Shown here: positions 1-11,885 of the stretch, one piece after another
How the letters are laid out: each line of letters starts with the position of its first letter
Position numbering within the stretch: the first letter of the stretch is position 1
Origin: Octopus bimaculoides
Lineage: Eukaryota
Length of the DNA: 64,000 nt
Direction of reading: 5' to 3'
Assembly: GCF_001194135.2 (NCBI RefSeq)
Contig: NC_068981.1
Span: forward strand, 71,508,360-71,572,359
Position numbers and translations under genes: made by a program
Notes under the pieces: model-generated
What the model was told of the DNA's origin: nothing
What the model saw: only the letters and a program-made list of their open reading frames with translations
The model's database searches: none

Positions 1-396
1 TTGCAAGATGCAAACTATAATTTCATTAATAAGAAACATACTACATTTTTCCAGAAATGTTATCTACATAGATAAGCATCCAAGCTAAGTCTTAACTATT
101 ATAGGTCCATTAATCAAAAACATTTTCATCTAGACTTATCATCAGCCTCCTAGTTTATATGTATCCTTTTTGTCCACCCTTTAACTGTTAATATCCATTT
201 TGTTTGACTCATACTTACTGGATACACATTTGAGATCTAACTAAAAACATCCATAGTTCAGATTGCAAGAAAGAAAGATGAATTCATTATATTGTCAACA
301 CTGTAACTCTTTAGATGTCAAATATGTATGTTCACACTATTTCAGATTCTACACCCTTATCATTTCCTTCTTTTTTTTTTTTTCTTTTTTTTTAAG

Positions 397-462
397 GGCT
401 TGAATAACCTGCAATCTACTTTTCAAGGATTTGGTCATGTTAATAGTGAAAATGTTTTCAAA
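397..462 (+). CDS. RFC2: Replication factor C subunit 2, internal coding exon (gene starts upstream of window)
   Basis: Poly-T tract plus AG at 395-396 and GTAAGT donor at 463. Translates [22 protein letters not shown], matching the RFC2 motif [22 protein letters not shown]. 66 nt, phase 0/0. Confidence 0.95.
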
Positions 463-729
463 GTAAGTGCTTTCTTCAAATTTGTAACTCTTAGCATGAC
501 TATCCTGTATGCCATTAATGGAGCATTGATTGCAAATAGTTACTATTGAACTGAATTACTTAAAAATATTGCCATTCTGAATTCAGATGTGCAATTTACA
601 TAACTTTACATTCATCTGCCGTTAAAAAATGTTTAGGAGTAGATGACAACAGAATCATTATTGGCAGCCTTGTCTCCAGTCTTTCCACTTTGTACTGAGC
701 TTTGTAGATTATCTTGTATTTCTTTTCAG

Positions 730-924
730 GTATGTGATGAACCACACCCTTTGCTAATAAAAGACATGCTGCAACATTGTGTTGATGGTAAAATAGATGA
801 AGCCTATCAAGTCATGTCACATCTCTGGAAATTGGGATATGCTCCAGAAGACATTATTGGGATTGTGTTTCGTGTTAGCAAAACATTTAACATGGCAGAA
901 TATCTTAAACTAGAATTCATTAAG
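730..924 (+). CDS. RFC2: Replication factor C subunit 2, penultimate coding exon
   Basis: TTTTCAG acceptor ending at 729 and GTCAGT donor at 925. Translates [65 protein letters not shown], the RFC2 C-terminal domain. 195 nt, in frame with both neighbours. Confidence 0.97.
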
Positions 925-1581
925 GTCAGTTTCTTCTATCATTGCCTTTTGTAATAATTGATTTTAGTGGTAATATATCTCAGCAATAAACATGTTTCTT
1001 TTAATATCAGCTAGTCAACATTGAAGATAAAATTGAAAATTAAAATATTTGTCTAGGGGATTTAATTGGTATGATGAATGTAGGGTGGAAAATATATGTA
1101 AAGTATTGTAAAAATCAGAATGAAGAATTATGACCAATATTTTATGACATTGCTAATCCAAATGATTACTATTTATGCCTTCTCACATTCAGGTTTTGTC
1201 TTTTCCAAAATATTTCATAATAATAAAACCTTCATCGATTTACTTTAAAATTTGACAAGACTATTAAGAAGTTGTCAGTAATGTAAGATAGACTCATTAG
1301 ATTTACATCTGTTTTACTATAATCTTTTATAGTGATATTATCTAGTTGCATGTTTCCTAACTTCAGAAGAGGATATCTGTGAAAAAAGGAAAAAATTGGT
1401 TAATACAAGAACTACTTTGGGTCATAGCTAAGATGCTATGTGAGTTGTAGATTTATGTTAGTAGGCTAAACTTTGCAGATGGAGAAAGGTGCAAGGAGAT
1501 ATTAGGTCTACTAACTATTTTTTATGGCTGTTAAGCTTGGAGTTAGTCCTAGAATCAATCATTTTGTACTAGTTTATTCAT

Positions 1582-1795
1582 ATTAGCACTTCAACATTCA
1601 GATTTCTTTTTCAAATGCATATTGTTTTAAATTAATCATGCATTATGTTATAGCTTCAAAATTTCAATAGTGTGTTTGTATATGTTTTGAATGACATTGT
1701 AGGGTGGGTGTGAGAGGTTGGATCTGGTCAGTTTTAACATAAAACAGGTAGAATATTTGGGCCTGATATGGCCAGATTAAATACTAAAGGGTTAA
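1582..1795. mobile_element. TTAA-flanked MITE family A (piggyBac-type ends) in the last RFC2 intron
   Basis: Ends in CTAAAGGGTTAA. Body is homologous to copies at 23887, 36370, 50354 and 54646. The left end is decayed. Confidence 0.75.
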
Positions 1796-1928
1796 AAGAT
1801 CTTACCTACTTACAATAAAACTTAATTGAAGAAATCTGGTGTATAACTTATGCAATTCGAATTATGTTCAAACTATTGCCCTTCCTTTTTAATTCAATTT
1901 AATGTGATTGATTTTGTTTTTCTTATAG

Positions 1929-2045
1929 GAGATTGGTTATACACATATGCGAATTGTTCAAGGTGTTAATACTTTGCTACAGTTGTCTGCTCTTCTGGCC
2001 AGGTTGTGTAAAATTTCTGCCATAGCAAAAGAAGATTCACAATAA
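1929..2045 (+). CDS. RFC2: Replication factor C subunit 2, last coding exon
   Basis: TTTTCTTATAG acceptor ending at 1928. Translates [38 protein letters not shown] (TAA 2043-2045), matching the RFC2 C-terminus [27 protein letters not shown]. Confidence 0.96.
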   Translation, partial: EIGYTHMRIVQGVNTLLQLSALLARLCKISAIAKEDSQ

Positions 2046-2102
2046 ACTTGCAAATATTTTGAATACAAACAAGGACTTTAAAAATTTCATACAATATTTG
2101 CT

Positions 2103-2108
2103 AATAAA
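2103..2108 (+). terminator. Candidate polyadenylation signal of RFC2
   Basis: AATAAA about 58 nt after the stop, followed by U/GU-rich and then G-rich sequence. A second AATAAA (2041-2046) overlaps the stop codon. Confidence 0.55.
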
Positions 2109-2299
2109 GAAAACAGTTTTATGTATCACATGGAGGTTTTGTGGGGGAGGGGAAAGGGTTTGCAATCCTATCATTTTAAAGAATAAAATGTGTATTTCAG
2201 CCCTTCAATAATTTCATTTTCATTAAACATATCCAACTTAATTTCCTTGTCTTGGAGAACAAGATGTACTCCATCAATTGTTTTGTATGAATGTATGTT

Positions 2300-3060
2300 T
2301 ATCTCCCATTGTTTTGGGGAGGGGTGGTTAGGGGGCTTATGTTTTGGCCTGGAAGAAGGAGTTGTGCTCAGGCTCTCCAAGACTGGTGAGACTGATGCAG
2401 TTCATATTCTTAAAAACTGAAAGTTGACTGCCATAGATAAAACATGATCAGGAACAGTACGCTAAAGGGATTGTGCTCTGGGAAGTAGCTAATGTGGAAC
2501 CAATTAGGCAAAACACTAAGTTGCAGATGAGTGAGTGAGGGTCTCTGAGTGGAAGGTTATAGACCAGCCAACTCTGCAGATTAGTAGCCACTGTAGTTGC
2601 AGTAGAAATGAAAGAGTAAAGAGAAAGCATGTCTGTGTCAATGTGTGATTTCATACCACTAAGGTGATTATTTTTGTACACAGTCTAGGATATCTGTGTA
2701 GCAGCAGCTGCAGTACCGTCTTAGATGTGGGAACAGTATTTCAATGTGAGTCTCTTCTGAGTTTTGTAAAGGATTACTAGTTGTTAGGGGTAGAAGTCTT
2801 TTCTTCCCCTAAAGAAGAATGCCAGTCTTTGCTATGTTCATGTGAAACCATCAATGATGGTGGAGCTTAGTATTTGTAATAACAATGAGGATCCTAGCTG
2901 TGTATTGTTCATATTTTGATGTCAGTGTTATGAAAACTCTTTTTCGTAGTGCCAGTGCAGGTTTGTCATGGGGTGTCTCAGCTGCATGTGAATGATGGCT
3001 TGGACAGTGTTTATATTTACTTGAAATATAGGAGTACATGTACTTAATGCTGTTCTTGCT
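2300..3060 (-). mobile_element. Decayed CR1/Jockey-like LINE, 3' part of the reverse transcriptase
   Basis: Minus-strand translation RLAFFFRGRKDFYP*QLVILYKTQKRLTLKYCSHI*DG resembles the LINE motif LGFLFRARKYF...LYKAQIRPTLEYCSHIWGG. Stops and frameshifts present. Confidence 0.7.
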
Positions 3061-3849
3061 TTTAACATATTACTGCCAGCTCCACTTTTTTTTTTAACAT
3101 CTTAGAGGCAGAAGAGCAGCACCCAGTGATCTTTTGCAGAACCTCTGAGACTGGTAGGAGGAAAGGAATAAGAATGCACAAGTCTAATTTGTTATAGTAG
3201 GAAGCACTACTTTAGAACATAGGGTTGTCCAGAAGCTTTGACTGAAAGCTTGCAACTAAGTGCATAACACTTAGGATGTGAAGATGAAGGAAGAGGAGGT
3301 GGTAGTGGCGGCGGCTGCTGCGGCCTCAGACTGGATATTGGATTAAGTTTACCATCCAAGATTGACATGTTTTACATCATTCAATGCATCACTTATTAAC
3401 ATATATATATTCCAGATATGATTTTTGTTTTTTAATCAGCTTTCCTATCAAGCATAGTGTTATAGTTCCACATTCTTCCCTTTGATGTTCCTCATAACAA
3501 TATAACTACTGGTTTTAGCATATCTTAATATAAACAACTCATAAAACATTACAGAACGTGAGATCTCTACTGAGACTAGAGATTTTAAACTGGTATAAGC
3601 ATAAACTCATATTTTATGCACAACAGTGTAAATCAAAAGTCTTCTACAAATATTGGCCTTGTAAATTTAAATCAAGAGAAATTTTCATTGATAGAGTAGC
3701 GTGAAAGAGGTTTCTGTTATTTTCTGTCAGATGAAGATTCCTTCTTTGACATAGAAAATTAGCCTTATAAACTTCCCTCACTGAGACATGCCAAGCAATG
3801 AAGTAGAAACTATTATTCATTGAAAGTACCAATCATCATTATTGTTATG

Positions 3850-4440
3850 AGTATGAACTGGAAAAGCATCAGTAGTATACAGAATGGAGATCCACCTCAG
3901 AAAATAGTAAAATCTTAGTTAATAGTAACAACCAAAACACAGCATTTCACCATCATGCTAATTGGAGTGAGACTTCATGATGTGGACACCTTCAAGTACC
4001 TAGGATCCACTTTGACTGAGGACAGCAGATCTCATAAGGAGATAACAACAAAACTCAGTTTAGCTTCAGCTGCCATGACAAAACTGAACAACATACGAAA
4101 AAGCAATTCCATTAGTTTTCCAACAAGACCCTGGTGGACTCTCACAACAGACACAGAGAGAAGAATCCAAGCATTTGAGCAGAAGGCTGCTACACATTCT
4201 GTACACCGAACACTTTTGTCAGGTAGCAAGTCCTCAAATACGCTGGCAGACAGGAATCACTCCTTGCATAGGTAAAACGATGAAAGCTTGCCTGGTACAG
4301 TCATGTACCCTGCCCAGCTGGAGGACAATAGAGTGGCAGAGAGAAAATCCTAGTTTCATAATATCAAGGACTGGACAGGTAACAACACAGAGACCATTGA
4401 CTATGGAAGCATGTAGAATGGCACCCCAACAATGAGGATG
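3850..4440 (+). mobile_element. 5'-truncated RTE-clade LINE fragment
   Basis: ORF 3955-4275 contains DTFKYLGSTLTEDSRSHKEITTKLSLASAAMTKL and WTLTTDTERRIQAFEQK, typical of the RTE RT C-terminal region. Internal deletions. Confidence 0.8.
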
Positions 4441-5295
4441 ATTAACTGTAATAACTTGAATATAATTTCTATCTGACAGAAAAAAACAAGGGTCAACACT
4501 TACAAAATCCCATTAACAAAACAGAAAAATAAAAATTGCGCGTAAAAAGGGATAGAACTGCGATGTTCTTGTAATGTAATATGAAAGTAGCTTCCCTTGG
4601 AATATTTAAAATATTTGTTTTCTCTACTAGAAATTATTTTTGACGTCACCATGCTTGGCGTTTTTTATTTTTCGTTTAATTTTTTTTATTTTATGAATTA
4701 ACGGAAAGTTTGGGTGTTACTTCTTGTTAACAAAGAGTATGACCAGAAGACACTGATCGATTGAAGTAATCGACGAATCTGATCTTCAAATCAGTTTACT
4801 ATCATTATCTTAAACTTTATTTTCATACAAGCTTCATTTATCCCTTGCACTATCGACCTTTAGCTTTGAACGAAAAGTATATGGTATGCTATCCTGATTT
4901 TTTCTTTTATTTCAGTTTTTTTTTATTATTATTATTTTCTTTTCAACTTCCTTTTCAAGAAGAATTTTCTTGGTGTTTGAGAAGTGTTTGTTACATAACA
5001 TTAACTATTACTTTTCAATTTGCATCGTTGGAAGATCACATATATATTAGATCACTGCAAACCAAAATACACACACAAACACACACAGAAACGGGGAGGG
5101 GGGAAACAGAAGCTAAAAAGGAAATAGAAAATACATAAAGTTCCAGAGAGGGAGTGAGATAAGAGAAAGACTAAAAGTAGGTAAGAGCTACATACAAAAA
5201 AAAAACATTCGAATTTCATCTAAGAACAAAACACTTAGAGACAATATATCAAAGATGAAACACTACAACAAGATTTGGGTACTACTAAAGCAGAG

Positions 5296-5486
5296 TGGTC
5301 CCGAACGCGCAGTCGCGCGTCCGCGCTAGCTGGTCGTGAGTGGTCGATCCTAACCCTAACCCTGACCCTATCCTTATCCCTAACCCTAACCCTAACCCTA
5401 AACACGTGTATTCATTTGCACACACGCGCACGCGCACATTTTGTAGGCTCGACCACTCACGACNNNNNNNNNNACTTCGGGAAACA
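5296..5486. mobile_element. Small foldback element containing telomere-like (CCCTAA)n repeats
   Basis: Perfect 15-bp inverted repeats GTCGTGAGTGGTCGA (5333-5347) and TCGACCACTCACGAC (5449-5463), with outer CCCGAA/TTCGGG. About 9 degenerate CCCTAA units at 5349-5401. CpG-rich. Interrupted by a 10-N gap. Confidence 0.6.
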
Positions 5487-5592
5487 ACAAAGACGGTCAA
5501 AAAAATCAGAGAAGATAGAAATGTATGGAAATAGAGAGAGAGAGAAAGCCCTATTAAAATGCCTTACAACTAACTCATGCGTTCATATATTC

Positions 5593-5633
<41 letters not shown>

Positions 5634-5699
5634 ATAGCCTGCTACCTCAGTAGGTTGAGCACAAGACTTAATCTTGAGGGTCAAGTGCCCTAGCTCCAT

Positions 5700-5860
5700 G
5701 TTGGATAGAGTACTTTTTTCTGGTTCTTTATGTTCTGGATTCAAATTCTGCCGAGGTCGACTTTGCCTTTCAACCTTTCGAGGTCGCTAAAACAAGGTCC
5801 ATGTGATCGACTTACTCACTCACTTAAAACTGCTGGCCTTGTACCAAAATGTGAAACCAT
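5700..5860 (+). mobile_element. SINE family A (tRNA-derived), partial
   Basis: Family core TTCAAATTCTGCCGAGGTCGACTTTGCCTTTCA, repeated at many positions in the window. Confidence 0.75.
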
Positions 5861-6339
5861 TTATACATAGACAATATACTTATCATTTAAATATATCTTG
5901 AAGATTCCATGCAAATTATTACAATCTTCACAGAGACTGTCTTTATTGTAAATATGCATCGCGTGCTTACTCAACATACTGAAATGGGGGGGCGATGGAA
6001 TCAGGAATTTTGTAATTACATCATATGGTTCTACAGTAATTTGTATCTCAAAACAAGAAAAGAATTAGGACTACGATGTTCCAGTGCAGAATATAAAAGT
6101 TGTCTCCCTTGGAAAGCTGTCCCAAGAAAGGTTTTGACATCAACAATGTATTTTTATGAATTAAAGGAGAGAACAAAAAAAGCGCGGTGTTTAAATGTTA
6201 CAAACTATGTGCTGTATAAATATATCGATGAATTCCCGAAGAATTGCTTAATGCATAACAGTCATTGTGGATTGGATGGATACACGCAAATCCAAAAAAT
6301 GTACTAGAACCGGTGTAAAACAATGTGTAGGAAAAAATC

Positions 6340-6797
6340 TGAAAAAAAATGCCCGCAAAGCAACGGGAGGGTGCGGAGAGGACTTCAGAAAATTCACAAG
6401 ATCCGAACTTTTCCCTCATAACTTTTAGGAAAATGGGGTATTTTCAATGAAATTTTATAGAAATACCTTTCAAACGGCATACATTACGATTATAAAGAAA
6501 TTTGTAGGGAAAATCTTTTTTAAGGAGGTGAGGAGAGGACTTCGGGAAATTCACAAAATCCGAGTTTTTCCCTCATAACTTTTAGGAAAATGAGTTGTTT
6601 TTTTTTCAATGAAATTTTATATAAATACCTTTATAACGGCATACATTATGACTATAAAGTAATTTGGAGGGAAAATCTTGAGGTGGGGAGAGGACTTTCG
6701 GAAAATTCCCAAGATCCAAATTTTTCTTCCTATTCCGAAATCACATTCAACTTCCTACAGATACCCTAGCGTAGTACTACTACACTACGTAGTGTTT
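6340..6797 (+). repeat. ~156-bp tandem repeat (2.3 copies), possibly the core of a non-autonomous Helentron-like element
   Basis: The anchor GGAGAGGACTT recurs at 6375, 6532 and 6687 (periods 157 and 155). Upstream CCCG-N8-CGGG hairpin and downstream CGTAGT/ACTACG stem-loop. Confidence 0.7.
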
Positions 6798-6879
6798 ATT
6801 TCTACCCTCTTTCAACAATTTTTAATGTTTTGGCTTCAATTTTATTTCATTTTCAATTATTTTTACGCTTTTTTGCTGT

Positions 6880-8270
6880 TGTATCATCATAAACTGTTAC
6901 AAGGGCAACAAAGATGTACAAGAGAGACAAAACTCCAGAGGCAACAAACTGTTGGACATGGATATGAAAATTACTGTAAAAGTTATTATAAACCTGATCA
7001 AGGGTAGTATTAGACTGGATGAGATGTAGTTCTGCTTGTCCCAAAGAGAGGTACCACTCATGCCATATTCTTAGTGAAACAACTTCCAAAGAAGACAATA
7101 ACTCGCTGTATTTTCCTATGCCTACATTCATCAGTCTGGAGAAGGCCTTTGACAGAGTCCCTTGCACTGTAATTTGGTGGTTGTTAAGAAAACTAGAAGT
7201 AGATGAATGGTTTGTGAGGAGCAGTCATCAAAGTGAGTGGGTAATGAACTCAGTGATGAATCTATCATGCAGAGGGGAGTAGATTAGGGCACAGTTCTCA
7301 GACTCCTCCTGATTATTGTAATCTTCCCAGCCATAACAGAATTTAAGACCAGCTATTATTGGGAACTCCTGCATACTGAGACTTAGTACATTTAGCAGAA
7401 TCTAGAGAAACTGAAGCAGAAGTTCCAGATAAGGATGCAAAATCCAGAATTGAAGGACCTTTAAGTAAACTTAACAAAAGCAAAAATTTAGTAAGTGGTA
7501 AGGAAAATAGGGCCCTTATAGCATGAGGTAAAATGGTCATGCTTCATCTGCCAAAATGAAGTTCATTGGAATTTTATAAGGTGCTCCCAGTGTAAACCAA
7601 CAGACACACAAGAAATGTAGTGGGATAACAGACAGGTTATTAATGGAAGTTAGCTTCATATCCCATAGGTACACCAGAGCAGTAAATACTAAGAGTGCTG
7701 GGGAATTAGATTCCCTCAGATGTTCAGATGGCTCCCTAGAAGTAGTTGATAGCTTTTGTTACCCAGGGAACTTAATTAGTAGTGGGGGCAAGTGTTCCAA
7801 AAGTGTGATAACTAAAATAAGAACAAGTTGGAGAAGTTCAAGGATCTCTTACTTTAATGACAACAAAGGGTTTCTCCCTCAAACTCAAGTGAAGACTATA
7901 AGATGCTTTTATGCAAAGTGCACTGCTGTCCAACAATGAGACGTGGTTCTTGAATGAAAAGTAAGAAGAAATGAGGTGAGCAAGCAGTGTTAGATTATGC
8001 CATGTTAGCTTGCAGAATGTTAAAGTATAAAAGAACAGAGATAAAGTGGGTATAAGAGGAATCATAGGAAGTACAAGAGAAGAGACTATGTTGGTTTAGG
8101 CAGGTGATGTGAATGGGGGATGACAGTTGCAAAAAGAAGTGCTGAATGCTCAAAGCTGATGGCTGTGGAAGAAGAAGACCTATGGAGGCATAGGAGAAAG
8201 TGGTAAAAAGTGATCTCAAGATTCTGAATCTCCCAAAAGAGGTGACAAGTGACTGCGACAATTGGTTATA
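6880..8270 (+). mobile_element. Decayed RTE-clade LINE (reverse transcriptase region to near the 3' end)
   Basis: Translations IINCYKGNKD, SLEKAFDRVPCTVIWWLLRKLEVDEWFVR and GSLEVVDSFCYPGNLISSGG match RTE RT motifs. Many stops and frameshifts. Confidence 0.85.
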
Positions 8271-8589
8271 TTACATGTTGAGGCAAACATGGCAGAGAGA
8301 ATGCTAACAAGGGGAGTGTTTGAGTTGCTCTTGTTGCATCAACTTACTGCTTCCTCCTTGCCTTTAATTGCATTCATCCCCAACTCTCTCCCCATTTCTA
8401 TAATTCCCTCCAGTCTGAATTTTCTCTCACTGTTTTGGCTGCATTCACCTATTGTTCCCCCACCCCGGCATCTTTTTCTCTCACCATCACAGCTTCCCTA
8501 TCAACATCTCTCACCATCCTCCTCACAACTTCTCTACCATCTCAAGCTAGAAGACTATCATGATCCAATGTCTGCTTTGGCTTGATTTC

Positions 8590-9428
8590 AATGGTTGGAT
8601 GTCTTTCCTAAAGCCAACCACATTGCAGTGCATACCAGGTGTCATTTTTGCAATTATATAGAAAGGAACAAAGCTGGGTATAATATTTTCTACAAAGCAT
8701 TACTCATTTTAGGCAGTGCACCAAACCACTCAGTTGGTTATTGCTTTGGTTATGTAAGAGTGAAATATTCACTCAAAACAGCTTCTTTGTTCCAGCTGAT
8801 GAATCAAGGTTTAATAATTAACTACAAGGTATATTATCTAAAAACTTCGAAACGACTTGTAAAAGCAACTAAAGAGGAAGATATCCCTATAGATTGAGTC
8901 TTTTTGAAAAAGTTCCAACATTATGGACGCCTTCAGTTTGGAAAGAAGTATAACAAAATATTATGATACCAGTAAAAGATGCAGGGTTTGAAGAAGTTGT
9001 ACATGATGTGGTAAAGTAGCTAGGATCCCATTGAGAATGAGGAGCTGATGTGGTTAGCTCAAGGGCAAGCTGCAGGACAAGAAGATATAGAAACCCCATC
9101 TACCACTTCAGATGTTGCAAAGAATATTGCTATGGAGTTGGCATGGCACTTACATTAGAAGGTTTGCATGTCTTAGCTAATACTGTGGATCCTAATCATG
9201 AACATAACAAAAGAATTACAAGAGTTCATAATGAGCTCAGTTCCCACACTGAGCTGTACAAAGAGATGGTGCACTGTAAATGTCAAAGAACTTTGGACAT
9301 GTTCTTCCCTCCTGCTGCATTTGTTGCTGCTGCTGATCTATGCAGCAAAAGATAGTCTCACATCTTCTCATTGTACCACCACCTATCAGATAGTAGTCAA
9401 CATCATTTGAAGTAAATACGTAACTGTA
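8590..9428 (+). mobile_element. Tigger/pogo-type DDE transposase relic
   Basis: FYKALLILGSAPNH and TASLFQLMNQGLIINYKVYYL match the pogo DDE motifs LLILDNAPGH and TSLIQPMDQGVI. The C-terminal DPNHEH...ELYKEMV...QRTLDMFF is Tigger-like. Ends ...CTG followed by TA. Confidence 0.8.
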
Positions 9429-10054
9429 TTTTTTATTGATTCTCTAATGTATATCTCCTCAAATGGTTTTATGTATATACCATACTTAATTATGTGTCTA
9501 AAAAGTGTTTTCTTGCAATAAATTCTTTTATATTTTTTTCTCAAAAATATTCTGCTGGAGCTCATCTTCATTCATATCATGGAAATCAATAGGAAATCAG
9601 GTTTCACATTATGGAATTCAGCATTACGCGAAGATTTCCAAGGATACCTTGAAATTCCAGCTCCTACAAGCACAAATTTTCATTTCCTTCCAAAATTTAT
9701 TGCTTTTAATGATATCAGGATAATATCACCCACCTCCCACCCACACAAGTACGAAATCCCCCTGAGGGCAAAATCCCACCAGACAAATTTTACACAAAAA
9801 TATCAACTAATAAATATTAAAAAATTTTTTTTATAAAATTTCACTTTCCTAAAATATCTTTATTGTAAAGAACAATATCCTGTTGTATATTGACTGGCAG
9901 GAGATTTTGTCTTGGGGCAGAAGAAAGATTTTGTCCAGGGAATGGGGGTAGGGTGGGGGTTGTCCTAGTACCATTTTTAACACACCATGTCCACAAGAGA
10001 TATTATCACAGAACAAATATCTCAGTAACTGGCCTATCAACAGTGTATATACAT

Positions 10055-10515
10055 TAATTTATGATACATTCTTTTACTTGTTTCAGTCATTTGACAACAG
10101 CCATGCTGGAGCACTGCCTTAAAGGGATTTTAATCAAAGAAATTAACCTCAGGACCTATTCTTTGTAAGCCTAGTACTTATTCTATCGGTCTCTTGTGCC
10201 GAACTGCTAAGTTATGGAGATACAAACACACCAGCATCGGTTGTGAAGCAATGATAGTGGGGACAAATATAGACACACACATAAATATATATATATGTGT
10301 ATATGCACACACATATATATATACACATACACACACACACACATACATATATACACAACAGGCTTCTTTCAGATTCCATCTACCAAATTCACTCACAAGG
10401 CTGTGGTTGGCCCGAGGCTATAGTAGAAGACACTTACTTGCCCAAGGTGCCACACAGTACAACTGAACCCAGAACCATATGGTTGGGAAGCAAGCTTCTT
10501 AGCACAGAACCACGT
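10055..10515 (-). mobile_element. SINE family B (tRNA head, CORE-like GGCACCTTGGGCAAGT domain), near full length
   Basis: Reverse complement of GGTTCAGTTGTACTGTGTGGCACCTTGGGCAAGTAAGTG...CCAGCATGGCTG, with an internal (CA/TA)n tract. Confidence 0.85.
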
Positions 10516-10863
10516 CAGCTATTTAAATATAATACTGCCTCAATTGTGTATACCAGATTTTTATTCAGCTGGGCAACTATTTGCAACATCAGTGAATGCT
10601 TTATTCTCCTGTATCAAAGGCAAAAAATTATCATCTGAGCAGAAGGTTGGCTGCATGTATATGCCATAGAAAAGGCCCAAAATAGCTGAAATGCCTTTGG
10701 TACTTTCACTGGCCACTGCTGGGACAAATTTTTCTCTCTCTCCAATATTTATTGTTTTAAACTTAGCATGTCCATAAGAGATGTTATCCTTGGGCAAATA
10801 CAGCAGCAACTGGCCTATCAACAGTAAATATACATTAATTATGATGCATAGATGCCTCTCGCT

Positions 10864-10864
<1 letters not shown>

Positions 10865-10914
<50 letters not shown>
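10865..10914. repeat. (TG)n microsatellite
   Basis: About 25 perfect TG units. Confidence 0.95.
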
Positions 10915-10916
<2 letters not shown>

Positions 10917-10924
10917 CATGTATG

Positions 10925-11045
10925 TACGGCATTAGGAAGGGCATCCAGCCGTAGACATCATGCCAAAGGAGTCCTGGAGCTTGATGGATCCTTTCAAACC
11001 GTCCAACCCATGCCATCATGCAAACTGGACGTTAAATGATGATGG
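10925..11045 (+). mobile_element. SINE family C, 3' tail
   Basis: TTAGGAAGGGCATCCAGCCG...AACCCATGCCA...GGACGTTAAATGATGATG tail shared with other copies. Confidence 0.75.
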
Positions 11046-11689
11046 TAATATATTACACACATGCATATACGATTACATACGTACGTACGTATATATGTGT
11101 ATGTACACATTAGGAGTGTGTTAACAGCAAATCAATTCAATTTTGCTTCAGTATTTTCCCATTGCAAAAGCAAGTTACTTGCCATCTGTTGTAGCTCTAA
11201 CTTACATTCCTCAAATAACAGTTACATTAAGTCAACAATCTCTTTCTGATTTCTTCTAACCGATCTACGAAGAGTTTTCGTGTCAAAACAATAGATTTCT
11301 GACATTATGTAGTATATGTGCATGTAAACCATTTAATTATGGTTTGATATTTAAATTTATTTTTTCTAATCATAAACGCATATTAGTAAATTATTTATTG
11401 TGATTTAACCTAGCGACATTATTTGCACATTTATATACCTCGTAACTCCTTAAACATAATTTGCTGTGTAGATTTTGAAATTCAATTTACTCATTTGTTT
11501 ACTAAAGTTATATCTTACGTCTGTTTACATATAAAGTTGAATCTCAAAATAGATATAGTTAGATATGCTAGCAGACAACATTCAATTTCTGTTTTAAGAA
11601 ATTCACTCCATCGTCTGCATAATTGTTTTATAATACTGAATCACCGGTGTGTATAAGCAAAATATAAACAAAATAAACAGAGAACCTGT

Positions 11690-11885
11690 ATGTGGTCGTT
11701 CGGGATACGAGAATTAACAGCCAAATTTCTCTCAAATACACATCCTATCGTCTTCATAACGAATGAGACTACACACTGGATAATGTTGTCCTAGTACACT
11801 TGGTACTCCTGATTGGAACATCTTTGACCATTAGATCTACTTAATCAACGCTGACCTTTAGTTAAGTAATAGCAATAACAAAGAA
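11690..11885 (+). mobile_element. SINE family D, partial
   Basis: AACAGCCAAATTTCTCTCAAAT...TGGATAATGTTGTCCTAG, homologous to 15135-15300 (-) and 38140-38335 (+). Confidence 0.6.

Noticed and set aside
5349-5401. True telomere or chromosome end
   Set aside because: Short, degenerate, and flanked by ordinary sequence and inverted repeats on both sides.
5909-6307. 132-aa ORF, among the longest in the track
   Set aside because: No recognisable domain or splice context. Likely a chance ORF in unique or unclassified repeat DNA.
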